From: a virus | Strand: one strand, 5' to 3' | Length of the DNA: 64,000 nucleotides | Virus record (IMG/VR): IMGVR_UViG_3300006028_000001 | Location: 33,470 to 97,469 of that record | In this document: in pieces, positions 40,137 through 50,817 of the stretch | How the letters are laid out: each line of letters opens with the position of its first letter | Numbering within the stretch: the stretch's first letter is position 1 | Translations under genes and position numbers: made by a program | The notes under the pieces: generated by a model | Seen by the model: only the letters and a program-made list of their open reading frames with translations | What the model was told of the DNA's origin: nothing | Databases searched by the model: none

Positions 40137-40682
40137 ATGCGCCTGCCCCGCCGCCCGCTGCCGTGGATCCTGGCCGGCGTCGGCCTGCTGGCAATGTGCT
40201 GCGGCGCCCTGACCGTGCTGGGGCTGATCGTCGACCCGCCGAAGACGAAGGCCACCTCCAGCACCGCCCGGGCGAGCAGCGCCCCAGCCGTGCCCGCGAC
40301 GTCAGCCAGCGCGAGCCCAACCCCGAAGCCCAGCCCCACGCCGCCGCCCTCGTCGAAGCCGGCCGCCAAGCCGAGCTCGGCCGCGCCCGCCGACCCGGAC
40401 CACCGGCTGTGCCGGCTCACCTCCGACGGCGGCACCTACTACGTGTGGATCACTTCGGCGACCGCGCACCGGTTCGACGCCTGCGCCGGCGGCACCGTGG
40501 ATCCGCGCACGGTGGATGACCTGCTGCTGGGCACGCCCGGGATGGACCGGCGCTGCATCTTGGGCGACGCCTACACGCAGGCGCATGAGGCGATCGTCGG
40601 CGTGTACTCGGACACCAAGGCGGCGAATCTGGCCGCGGCGCGGTCGTTCTGCGCGGCGGGCGGCGGCACCGACAGCGGGTGA
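40137..40682 (+). CDS. Membrane-anchored Pro/Ser-rich extracytoplasmic protein (moron)
   Basis: TM, PT/PS linker, four-Cys C-terminal domain; opposite strand to neighbours. Confidence 0.65.
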   Translation: MRLPRRPLPWILAGVGLLAMCCGALTVLGLIVDPPKTKATSSTARASSAPAVPATSASASPTPKPSPTPPPSSKPAAKPSSAAPADPDHRLCRLTSDGGTYYVWITSATAHRFDACAGGTVDPRTVDDLLLGTPGMDRRCILGDAYTQAHEAIVGVYSDTKAANLAAARSFCAAGGGTDSG

Positions 40683-40778
40683 CGGGCGTCACAGAGAAAG
40701 ATTGCCGGTAGGGGCGGATCTCGCGGCCAGGGAGTAGGAGCCGCTCCGGGGTGTCGCTATGTACGCGACATCTCCACA

Positions 40779-41248
40779 TCACCCCCGCCGCCGGTAGGTC
40801 CACGCCTGCGGCCACGCCCCCCGCGTCTCCTTGACCCGCTCCGCGAACCCTTCCGCCACCAACCCGGCCAGCGCCGACGCCACGTACCCCTTGGTGAACC
40901 CGGTCTCCCGGGCCAAATCCTGCACGGTGCGCCGCCGGTCAGGGGTGGCTTGCAGCGCCCGCCGCAGCGCCTCCGGGCACGACACGTCCCGGCCGGCCGG
41001 GCGCAGCTTCGACGGATGTGCGGCGGCGTTCACGGCTGCTTCCCGGCATGGACCTCGCGCCAGTGCCGGCGGTAGATGCCTTCCGGGCCGTCCGGCTGCC
41101 AGTCGCCCTCGTCATCTTCCCAGTCGCAGCCGTCGATCCGGCACCACACCCGCACGTAGTAGTCGGGGCTGTAGTCCGGCTCACCCTCCTCGCCGCGGGC
41201 GACCGGGGCGTAATCCCAATCGTCGCGGGTGTACCCGCCCACGCTCAC
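40779..41248 (-). CDS. wHTH protein (40779-41033) and acidic Zn-finger-like protein (41030-41248)
   Basis: TVQDLARETGFTKGYVASALAGLV; C....C...H...H. Confidence 0.6.
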
Positions 41249-42002
41249 CGCTGCTCCTCGACGGTCACGCCGTACATCTCGGCCAGCGCCTCCACCACGT
41301 CAGTCAAGGCCACCATGCGGGCCATGGCGCGGACCTGATCGACGCTGTGGTGCGCAGTCTTCGCCCGCCGCCGGGCCTGCTCGTACAGGTCGAGGATGAT
41401 CCGGTGCGCCGCCACCATGCGCAGGGTGCGGGCCGGGTCGTGGCGGGCGACATGGTCAGCGTCAGCCCTACCCTGATCGGAATCCTCGAACTCCGGTGAA
41501 CCCGCCGGTCCGCGCACGTACCAGCCGAAGTCGCCGTAGTAGTGCAGCTTCCCGTACTCCGGGTCGACGTCGTGGGACTGCCAAGGGCCGGGGCTCGCCG
41601 CCTTCGCCACCCGCTCGTCCTCATCGAGCGCGCTGGTCAGCCGCGCCACCAAGTCGCTCACATCACCCTCCACTCGTCGCGGAACTCCGGATGCCCCGTG
41701 AACGGTGCGGCGAGCACACGCACGACGTAGCACTGCGCGGCGCACTTCTTGTGCAGGTCGAGCAGAAGCCGCTTCGCCGCAAGGTCGGCCAGCACGAACT
41801 GCGGGTCGTTGGCGACGATGTGCTCGGGCAGCGCGCGCAGCCACGGACCGGGCTCGTCGAAGTTCTCCACGACCACGAGGTCTTCGGCGTGCACGTCCAA
41901 CCCGTTTCGGGCGACATGCCACGGGCCGGGGACAGTTGCTTGCGCCTTCGCCTCCAGCTCGTCGTAGCGGGCGCGCAGGAACTCCACGATCTCGCTGCTC
42001 AT
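41245..42002 (-). CDS. Two tandem DUF6221-like paralogues (41245-41661, 41658-42002)
   Basis: Both show L.A..DE....A.PGPW...H..(R/A)(H/N)DP...L...AA.R.(I/L)LDL. Confidence 0.7.
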
Positions 42003-42615
42003 GACGCCTCCACCAGCAGCCCCGTGGCGCAGCCGCACGGCACCCGCAGCACCGTCGCGCGCCGCTCGCCGAAGCCCTGCACCGGGAACCAGCGGCGGTC
42101 CCAGCAGGACAGACACGCGTACCGGCTGCGCCCCTCGCCGTCCAGGGCGTAGCTGGCCTGCCCCGGGCAGCCGTGATCGTCCGGCCGGCACGTGTCGTGG
42201 TGGTCAGGGTCCCGACCGCAGCCCTGACACTCGCCGCAGATCTCATCCACCACCAGCACGGTGTCATCCGGATCCAGCACGCCGCCGAAGTTGACCGACG
42301 GCAACGCCATCGTGAACCGCGCGCCAGTGACGCCTGCGCCGAGGCAGGAGCCGCAGCGGTTCGGGCCGGAGTACGGCGACGGGGCGGGTAAGTACAGGCG
42401 GGCGGTCATCGGTCCTCCAGTCCGCCGAGGATGGTCAGCATGCGCTGCCCCTTGTCGCTGAGGCTCTGTATTTCCAGGTCGATGAGCCCGTTAACGACGG
42501 CGTACGTCGCGGCGCTGGCGAGCCGATGCGGCACGGGTAGGTGGCCGTCGGCGACCAGCCGTAGGGTCGCGGCAAGGTCATTCGTTGATGGCGGGCCGTT
42601 CAGTGGGGCAATCAT
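41999..42615 (-). CDS. Cys-rich CxxCxGxG protein (41999-42409) and small protein (42406-42615)
   Basis: CGSCLGAG, CGECQGCG, CLSC, CGC. Confidence 0.6.
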
Positions 42616-42620
42616 CTCGT

Positions 42621-43049
42621 TTACCGGCCCTCTCCCGTCACGGCGTCGATGGCTGCGATCAGGGCGGCTCGGCGCGGCCAGACAACCGACACGCGGGCCG
42701 GCTTCTCAAACTGGGCCCGCCACTCGACGGCCGCGTCCCGCAGCTTCTGCAGCCGCTCCACCTCGGCAACCAGCGCCGGAAGTGCCCTGCGGGCAGCGGC
42801 GATCAACTCGGCATCCTCCCGCGTCCCGTAGGTGACGGTGATGTCCACGGCCGGGGCGTCCTCCGGATGGTCGAGCGGGTTGACGTAGGCGTCGTTGCAC
42901 ACCGCCCACGCCGGCGGCGAGGACGTGCCTTCGTTGGCGTTGTACGCCTGCCACGGGCCGGGTGTGGCCGCCTGGTCGAGCGCCTTCAGGGCGTCCAGAT
43001 TGAGGGGCTGGTCGGTGGCGGCCGGAGTGGGCTGGTCGGTGGTGCTCAT
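42621..43049 (-). CDS. Ead/Ea22-like phage protein
   Basis: LDALKAL..AATPGPW...DAELIAAAR.ALPALVAEVERL. Confidence 0.7.
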   Translation of the reverse strand: MSTTDQPTPAATDQPLNLDALKALDQAATPGPWQAYNANEGTSSPPAWAVCNDAYVNPLDHPEDAPAVDITVTYGTREDAELIAAARRALPALVAEVERLQKLRDAAVEWRAQFEKPARVSVVWPRRAALIAAIDAVTGEGR

Positions 43050-43416
43050 GTCGCGGTTCCGTTCGCTCGGGTGGTCTGTCCCCCAGTGCTACGTCGCGGG
43101 CGGCGGTGGGGTTGCGCCACGGCTCACCCCAGTTCTGTCAGCCGCCGCACCCACTGCTGCTGCGCCTGCCGCAGCTTCGCCTCCAGCCGCGGCGATCCGA
43201 GCGGGACGATCAGCGCCAGGTCCCGGTCCAGCTGGGCAATGGCCCGGCGCGCCTCCCGCCGGTACAGCGGGGCGCACAGATGGTCGGCGGCGGCCCGCAG
43301 CCAGCGCAGCGGCGGCAGGTCGAGCAGGGCGTACCAGCACCAGTCCAGGGCGCGCACGACGGCCGTGGCGGCGTGGTGGAAGGCGGCGGGGATGCGGGCG
43401 AGGTGGGTGGGCATGG

Positions 43417-44211
43417 TCAGAGTCCTTCCGGTGGCAGCGCGCGCATCAGCTTCCGCGCGCTGATGCCGCACTCTGCGGCGGCCTCGGAGATGCCGTGGGT
43501 TCCGGCGCGCATGAGGGCGAAGGCACGTTCCAGCGTGGCTGGGTCGATCTCCGTGTCCCGTGTGCCGCCGATCGCGACACGGGGAGGTGTTGGCGGGATG
43601 GGGCGGGACGCTGCCCTGATCAAGGTCTTCAGGGGAATGCCGCACATCTTCGCGGCGTCCGCGAGCGAGTGGGTTTCCAGCAACGCCAGGGCACGTTCAA
43701 CCGGGTCGTCGCGCTTGGCGTCGTCAGCCGTGCCGCGAAGCGGCGACGGATGCGGCGCCCTTTCATTCTTTCTAGGAACGTGACGGTTACCGACGTGTCG
43801 GTAGACCGACGTGTCGGTTCCTGACACGTCGGTGGAAGTTGGTGACATATCCGCAGGTCGCGCCGACGTGTCAGTTTCCGACGTGTCGGTTCTTGATGCG
43901 TCGGTTGGGCAGTCCCGGATCTCCACCTCGGTGTGCCACTTGCCGTCTACGTCGTTGGTGCGGCGGTACCGGACGTAGCCGGCCTTCGCGAGCTCCGCCA
44001 TGGCGTTGCGCATCGCGCGGAAACCCTCGGACGCGTCGCCAGACAGCCGGGCGGTGGCGACCAGCTTGTCCACGGTGGTCTCCCACCCGTCGCGGTAGGA
44101 CAACAGCTCGGCAAGCAACCCCTTGGCGCGCCAACTGATCCGGTGGTCCTGGAGCGCGGCGTTCGCGATCGGGGTCCAGCCGCCGGTGGATTGAGTTCGG
44201 ATGATCCGCAC
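43417..44211 (-). CDS. Phage replication initiator (N-terminal HTH, internal iterons)
   Basis: WTPIANAALQD.RISWRAKGLL..LLS...GW...ELAKAGY; TDTS repeats. Confidence 0.8.
   Translation of the reverse strand: MRIIRTQSTGGWTPIANAALQDHRISWRAKGLLAELLSYRDGWETTVDKLVATARLSGDASEGFRAMRNAMAELAKAGYVRYRRTNDVDGKWHTEVEIRDCPTDASRTDTSETDTSARPADMSPTSTDVSGTDTSVYRHVGNRHVPRKNERAPHPSPLRGTADDAKRDDPVERALALLETHSLADAAKMCGIPLKTLIRAASRPIPPTPPRVAIGGTRDTEIDPATLERAFALMRAGTHGISEAAAECGISARKLMRALPPEGL
43761..43905. repeat. Iteron array plus AT-rich patch: probable replication origin
   Basis: CCGACGTGTCGGT-like units at 43790, 43806, 43821, 43863, 43878, 43893; TTTCATTCTTTCTAGGAA at 43761-43778. Confidence 0.7.
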
Positions 44212-44338
44212 GTCAACGACCTACAATCGGTCGCACAGATGTACAGGACATTTGGCCAACTACGGTTGGCATGGGTCGGGGTACCTCCCGATCAAGGGCC
44301 GGGGTTCCAGGAGCGCCAACTCCTGCCCGGCCCGCCTG

Positions 44339-44644
44339 CTACTCAGCCGGTTGGTCCGAGCCGGTCTTCTGATCCTGTTCGCGCTTGAGCGCTTCGACTG
44401 CGGATCGACTGTAGCGGCGGTGCTTGCTGCCTGGCAGGCGCCGGCTTGGCACAAGGATGCCGCTCTTTTCCCAGCGCCGAACCGTAGCCGGCGAGACGTT
44501 GAACTCGCGGGCTACTTCGGTCGGGGTGAGCTCGTCCTTGCCCATGGCTTCCTCGGCGATCAGGTCTTCCAGGTCGCTCAAGGTTACCGAACTTGCCGCT
44601 CCCGTTTCGACGGGTGGCGGCCGGTGCAGGATCACCGTTTCCAT
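44339..44644 (-). CDS. BldC-like MerR-type HTH protein
   Basis: LTPTEVAREFNVSPATVRRWEKSG.L...RLPG.KHRRYS.S.VEAL. Confidence 0.8.
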   Translation of the reverse strand: METVILHRPPPVETGAASSVTLSDLEDLIAEEAMGKDELTPTEVAREFNVSPATVRRWEKSGILVPSRRLPGSKHRRYSRSAVEALKREQDQKTGSDQPAE

Positions 44645-44700
44645 GTTCTCATCCTGATCTAACTTCGCTATCTTGTCAACCTTGTCAAGGTGTGCAAGAC
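44645..44700 (-). promoter_or_regulatory. Leaderless sigma70-type promoter overlapped by 9-bp direct repeats
   Basis: TTGACA(44679-74)-17-CAGGAT(44656-51)-6-ATG; ATCTTGTCA/ACCTTGTCA repeats. Confidence 0.7.
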
Positions 44701-44772
44701 TGAGTCAGCAAGGCAAACGACCTGACTCGGTGTTGGCGCACTGATCAGGTCCCGATCGGGAGGTACCCCGAC

Positions 44773-47700
44773 ATGACGAGCAGCGCCATCCAGCCCCTCA
44801 CCGAGGCCGCCCCCATCACCTTCCGCGCCGGCCGCGTCGTGATCACCCTGTTCGTGGTCCGCCCCGGCGTGTTCCGGGTCGAAACCCGCCGCGCCTCCAC
44901 CGGCGCCGTCATCGACGAGTGGTCCTGCTCCTACGACAGCGAGCAGACGGCCCGCGCCGAGGCCCGCCGCGCCGCCCGCGCCTTCCGCCAGCACCGCACC
45001 GCCGACGCCCTGGCCGACGAGCACCACCGACTGACCGTGGCGATCGAAGCCGCCGAAGACCGCCGCCGCCCCACCGGCAAGCTGAACGACCAGCGCGACG
45101 CGGTGCAGCCGCTTCGCCGCCGCGCCGCCGACCAGGAGCTGGCCGCCCGGATCCTCGGCACCATCCACGCCGCCGCCGAGGTGCAACCCCTGGAGCCCGA
45201 TGCGCGTATCCGCACCTGGAAGACGCTGCGCGACGAGCTCGCGCCCACCCACCCGAGCATCTGAGGAGTCCTGCCGTGACCACCATCGACACCGCCGCCT
45301 TCGCCGAGGAACTCGACAGGTTCGACGGGGCGCAGGACGCCCTGTCCGGCGCGATCGACGCCTACCAGGACACGCAGGTGCCGGGTCTGGCCGACGTGCG
45401 TGACGAGGCGGGCTTGGCGCTGGCGTTTGCCGTGCTCCACGCCGTCAATGAAGCCCGCCGCAACCAGAGCAACTGAAGGAGCCCCGCCGTGTCGCATCTG
45501 GCCACCTTCCGCACCTGCTACCGGTCCTGTTCGAACTGCCGCCTGGAGTTCTGGTTCGTTGTCGGCGCCGGCCTCGGCCTGGCCGCCCTGTTCGGCCTGA
45601 TCCTGCTGCTCGCGCTGCTCAGCCACCCGGCCGGCCACTGAATCCGAAACCCCGTGCAACCTTTCCGCCGCCGCTGACGTGGGAGCCAACCATGACATTC
45701 CCCGAATACCCGTCGTACGAGAACCTCGTCGGCACCTTCGCCACGATCCTGCTCAAGGTCGACGACAACGACTACCAGGGCGACTCGCGCCTACTGCTGA
45801 CCGACGGCTTCCGGTTCGGCCTGCTGTTCTTCGGCTGGGGTTCGTGCTCCGGCTGCGACGCTCTCCAATCGGCGCAGGACGACGGCGAGCGGGCGCTGCG
45901 TGAGTTGCGCGACGACCTGGCGAACAAGACCCACTGGGAGGACAACGCCGCCGCTCTGGCTGCCTACATCGAGGGCAAGGACTGGTCGCTGGACTTAGGC
46001 GGCGGCTCAGTGGCCGACGCGGCGTTCCGCGCCCGGACGTTGGAGATCCTGCGGGACCTCGCCGCCGGCCGTACCGATGCCGCCACGGTCGAGACTGCGG
46101 CGACCAAGCAGATCGGCCGGTGACCGCCATGCACACCGTCACCCACCCCTTCGCCGCCGCACCCGCCTCCGTCACCCACGCCCTCGCCACCGCGGCCAAC
46201 TTCTACCTCGACCACCTGCCGTGGGCGTTCGCCGCCGGCGCCGCGCTGATGGCCATCGCAGGCGTCCTGGCGTGGCGCGGCAGTCGCACCATCCGGAAGA
46301 CCTGAGTCCGATGGATGATCTGGACCCCGACCTGTCCACCTTGGCCCGCTGGGCGGTGGGCATGACCCTGCTGGACCTGCACGAGGCGCGGGCCACCCTG
46401 TGGGGTGCGCTGATCCGCTACGACGTGCACACCGGCGCCGAACTGCCGCAGCCGCGACCGGACTTCGCCCCATACAACGGCTTGGTCCGCCGCGGCCTGC
46501 CGTCAGGCTGGGAGCACTGGTGCTGGCGGCGGGGCCTGCTGCGGCAGGACATGACCCCTGGCCTTCCGCATTGGGTGCCCACCGATGAGGCGGTGCAGCT
46601 GGCGGAGAAGTGGATCGCCGGGGGTGGTCCGCCGGCGACTGAAATCCCCGACGACGACGAGAGCGAGGCGCACCCGTGAGCACGCAATCCGATGACGGCC
46701 GCCGCTACGCCCTGGTGACCGTGGAGCAGCTGACCTGCCCGCAGGACGCGTGGCGGCTGCTGGACAACGCGGAGCCGGTGATCGTACACGGCTCAGCCGA
46801 GCTGGGCCGGAGGATGGCTGAGATCCACCAGTCGGGCCGGTCGGGGATGTTCTTCTTCATCGACATGCCGGACGGAGACAGATCATGACCGCCGCGACGT
46901 GGGTGGGCTACGACGTGCCTGAGGCTGAGGCGGCGCCGGTGTTTCCGGTGCTGGAGTGTTCCGAGGCGGCACCGCTGCGGGACTGGACCGAAATCACGAT
47001 CCGGCCCGTTCGCGAGGTCCACTGCCCGATCCACGGCGTGCTCGGGCACACGGTGCGCGCGGATGAGGCGCGGGCCATTCGTGACGCGCACTGGAAGACG
47101 GCACACTCCGGCGCAACCTCCGACGACGTGGCGACGTAGCAACCCCTGACCGACCCCCACAACCAAGGAGCGTGCCCGCGATGGGCTGCACCACCGAGTT
47201 CACCGGCCGCGTCACCGTCGAGCCGCCACTGAACCCCGACGAGATCGCCTACCTGACCAAGTTCGCCCGGACCCGGCGGATGCACCGCAACAACGGTCCG
47301 TACTTCGTGGATGGGTCCGGCGCGTACGGGCAGGGACGCGACGCCGACATCATCGAGTTCAACAGCGAGCCGCCCGAGCAGCCCGGACTGTGGTGCCGGT
47401 GGGTGCCGACCGAGGACGGCGCCGGGATTGAGTGGGACGGCGGCGAAAAGTTCTACGACGCCGACCGCTGGATGGCGTACCTGATCGACACGTTCCTCAA
47501 GTCGGGCGCGACGGTTCAAGGCGAGCTGGCCGTGCCCGTCGACGGCCGCGTCTACCACGATGCGTTCGAGCGGTTCACCTTCGACCACGTCGTCAACGGC
47601 CGCATCGAGGCCCAGGGCGAACGGGACGACGACCACTGGACGCTGGTCGTGGTCGACAACGAGGTAAGCGTCGAGAAGTACCCGACGATGGCGGAGCGGA

Positions 47701-48896
47701 TGGAGTCCGACCCGGATTTGGCCGTCGCCGTGGAGCGCCTCAGGCAAGCTCGCGTGACGGTTTCCCAGTTCGCCGCGCTGACCGGTCAGGAGTACTGAGA
47801 TGGCCATTGAGGTTACCGTCCGAGACACCGAGACCGGCGACACGGACACCGTGATCGTCGAGGACTACCTGTTGACCGTCGTCGAGCCCTGCTACCTGGC
47901 CAACCAACAGGGCCATCCGAACGGCACGCACGTGCTGACCATCAAGAACGCCACCCGCCCTCTGATCAGCACGAACGTGACCTACGAGGATGGCCCGCAA
48001 TGACCGACAACCTGGCCAACCTGTTCGCCAACGAACCCCCAGACAGCACCGCGCTGGTGGCGTGGCGCGACGGCGTGCCGGAGGTGTTGCAGCGCGACGA
48101 CGGCGCCGCCGACGAGGTGGGTGCTGGCGTCGGCGAACACTGGTGGTCCACGTCGAAGGTGAAGCCGATGACGCTGCAGGTGGCCCTGGACGGCGCCGAG
48201 CGGGTGGATGCGGTGGTGCCGCTGGAGCAGTCGCGCCTTGTCGTGGCCGAGCAGGTCGCCGATACCCACGTGGCGGTGCCGGTCGAGCAGTGGCGGCAGA
48301 TGTGCGAGCTGCGCGACAAGGTCAAGCTGTGGCGGGCCGACCTGAACGCATGCGGCTGGACCAGCGAAGAAGCGTCGGATAACACCCGCGCCGTGATCGC
48401 CGCCGTCGACGCCCTGGACGAGGACGACCCGCAGGCGGAGGCCGACGGTGCCTGACCTGATGCGCCCACCCAACGACATCGTCGCCGAAGCCCGTGCCGC
48501 CTTCGACCGCTGCGGCGAGATCCTGGCCGCCTCCGCCCCGTCGACAGCACCCGGGTTCATGGCGCATGTGCTGGTGATTGCCGGGGAGGCGCTGGACCGG
48601 CACTGGCCGACGGCGGGCGGCTTCTGCGGCTTCTGCGACAGCCAGCGGTGGCCGTGCCCGGACCTGGCCGGCTGGCTGAAGCTGTTCGCCATCCCGCTTG
48701 AGGAGGAGCAGCCGTGATCCGATGGCGCCGCAAGCCGCGCCCGGTTGTCGTGCCGGGGCCGGACATCCAGCGTGAGATCGCCGCCTTGGCCGCCGCGATC
48801 ACAACCGTGCACAGAGAGGTGTTCCGCCCAGGCCGCGACTGCGACCTGGACGACGACGGCCGCTGCGCGGCGATCCGACGAGGGAGAACCAAGTGA
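44773..48896 (+). CDS. Rightward array of about 13 small hypothetical genes (44773-45264, 45276-45476, 45489-45640, 45692-46123, 46120-46305, 46311-46679, 46676-46888, 46885-47139, 47181-47798, 47800-48003, 48000-48455, 48448-48717, 48714-48896)
   Basis: SD motifs and RTGA coupling; phage early-gene style. Confidence 0.65.
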
Positions 48897-49657
48897 GCCG
48901 CGTTGAGCCAACCATTGCACTCCACATCCTGATCCTCGCCGCCGTCCTGCTGCTCGTCGTCGGCATCCACGAGGCCGGCCACGCCGTCGCCATGCGTCGC
49001 TTCGGCATGCGCCCCATCGCCGCCGGCGTCGGGCTGCCGCTGCCACCAGTGCTGCGGCTGCGCCTGAGCAGCACATTCACCTTCACCCTGTCGCCCTGGC
49101 TCCTCGGCGCCTACGTCGAACCGTCCGAGCGCGACACCGAGCGGATCCCCGACCTGCCATACCGAGACGCCGCCTGGGTCTACAACGCCGGTGTGATCGT
49201 CAACTTCGTGTTCGGCTTCGCCGTCACCGCAGTCGCAGCCCGCAGCACGTTCGGCACGCTGATCTACAGCATTGCGGCGGTCGCTATTTGGGCACTGCGC
49301 CGGTTGGTGGCCGGGTACGTGCTGCCCCTGCTGGCCATCCCGGCGCTCGGCATCACCTTGTACGGAATGGTCCTGTCGTGGAGCCAGGGTCAGTCCGGTG
49401 TCGGGTTCGCCGGCCTGGTGGACCTTGTGCCCACCGACCCGCCAAGGCTGCTGTCGTTCGTCGGTGTCATCTCCATCGTCGTCGGCATCCTGAATCTTGT
49501 TCCCGTGTATCCACTGGACAACGCCCGCGTCTGCGACCTGCTGCTGGGCCGGTGGGTCGGGCCGCAGTTCCTGGCCTGGTTCCGCGGGGTGGGTGTCGCG
49601 CTCATGCTGCTGTCGCTGGTCGGCGCGGTCCTGTCGGATCTCTTGGCCGCGATCTGA
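48893..49657 (+). CDS. Site-2 protease (peptidase M50)
   Basis: HEAGH in TM context, GVG.P, LGAYV, AGVIVN, NLVPVYPLDNA. Confidence 0.9.
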   Translation: MSRVEPTIALHILILAAVLLLVVGIHEAGHAVAMRRFGMRPIAAGVGLPLPPVLRLRLSSTFTFTLSPWLLGAYVEPSERDTERIPDLPYRDAAWVYNAGVIVNFVFGFAVTAVAARSTFGTLIYSIAAVAIWALRRLVAGYVLPLLAIPALGITLYGMVLSWSQGQSGVGFAGLVDLVPTDPPRLLSFVGVISIVVGILNLVPVYPLDNARVCDLLLGRWVGPQFLAWFRGVGVALMLLSLVGAVLSDLLAAI

Positions 49658-49679
49658 CGCCGTATCCTGAACACACACC

Positions 49680-49710
49680 ACCCGGTCCGCTCGTTCGGGC
49701 CGGGTTTTCT
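49680..49710 (+). terminator. Intrinsic terminator
   Basis: ACCCGGTCCG/CGGGCCGGGT plus T-run. Confidence 0.65.
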
Positions 49711-49723
49711 CCTGGAGCCCCCC

Positions 49724-50392
49724 GTGATCCGTCGCCCCGCCGTCCTGCTCGCCACGGTCGCCCTGCTGACCGCCTGCACCGCAACCCCGGGCGGCACCAG
49801 CTCATCGAGCGCGCCTACGTCGCCGGCACTAACCCCGTCCGGCATCGTGGTGGCCAACGGCCACGGCTGGACCCCCGCCGGCCTGGACGGCCCGATCCCG
49901 GCACCCGGAACGTGCCACCTGCGCACCGCGGCGGATGGTGAGCCGCTGCCCGACCCGCGCTGCACCCCCGGCGCGATCGACGCCGCGGTCACCGACACCA
50001 ACACGGCGAGCACGGTGTGCCGAAAGGGTGGCTACACCTCAAGCGTCCGGCCACCGGAGGCGTTGACGGAGCCGGTGAAACGCAAACTGCTCGCGGCGTA
50101 CGGCATCCCGGCGTCAGAAATCGGCAAGTACGAACTGGACCACCTCGTCGACCTGGCGGCCGGCGGAGCGTCGGACGTACGCAACCTGTGGGTGGAGAGC
50201 AATACGTTCCACGACTTCAAGCCATCCACGTTCGTGCACAACGACAAGGACGCTGTCGAGAGCTACACCTTCCACGCCATCTGCGCCGGCAAGGTCACCG
50301 TCACGCAGGTGCAGGCGGCGATCGTCGCGGACTGGACGATCGCGGTGGCCCGGCTGGGGTTGCCGCCGATCCCCGCCAACTTCCAGGGCTGA
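49724..50392 (+). CDS. Lipoprotein with HNH-like motif
   Basis: Lipobox LLTA|C; PDP.CTPGA; YELDHLVDLAAGGA.DVRNLW. Confidence 0.75.
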   Translation: MIRRPAVLLATVALLTACTATPGGTSSSSAPTSPALTPSGIVVANGHGWTPAGLDGPIPAPGTCHLRTAADGEPLPDPRCTPGAIDAAVTDTNTASTVCRKGGYTSSVRPPEALTEPVKRKLLAAYGIPASEIGKYELDHLVDLAAGGASDVRNLWVESNTFHDFKPSTFVHNDKDAVESYTFHAICAGKVTVTQVQAAIVADWTIAVARLGLPPIPANFQG

Positions 50393-50394
50393 GC

Positions 50395-50766
50395 GTGCTG
50401 GACGACAACACCATCCCGCTGCCCCGCCGCCGCGGCCCGTCCGGCTCGACGGTAGCGGGACTGATGGCGCTGCTGCTGTTGGCGGTTGGTGGGCTGATGC
50501 TGGGCATGGCGGTCGGCTCGTGGCCTCGTGGTGCCGCGCCCGGTCCGCGTCCGGTGCTGTCGCTGCCGCCGGATCCGCCGAGTGACGCGCCCACGGTGCC
50601 GGCTCTTGGCCCGACCGCGGTCGACCCGTCAGAGGTTGCTCCCGGTGCCGCGCTCGTCGCCGGGCCTGCCGCGCCGTCGGGCCACCCGGCGGTTGTTCCG
50701 GCGGTACCTGCCGCGCCGATCCCGGCCACGCGTCCCGGCAAGCGCAAGGCGCACCATCGGAGGTAG
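50395..50766 (+). CDS. TM plus Pro-rich protein
   Basis: Single TM, Pro/Ala-rich tail. Confidence 0.5.
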   Translation: MLDDNTIPLPRRRGPSGSTVAGLMALLLLAVGGLMLGMAVGSWPRGAAPGPRPVLSLPPDPPSDAPTVPALGPTAVDPSEVAPGAALVAGPAAPSGHPAVVPAVPAAPIPATRPGKRKAHHRR

Positions 50767-50817
50767 CTACCGGCGGCTACGGCGAGGCCGCGGCCAGCCT
50801 TTGCGCCAGGCCCCACG

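Noticed and set aside
43790-43905. CRISPR-like array
   Set aside because: Units are 13 bp with mostly 2-3-bp gaps inside a coding gene; no spacers or cas genes
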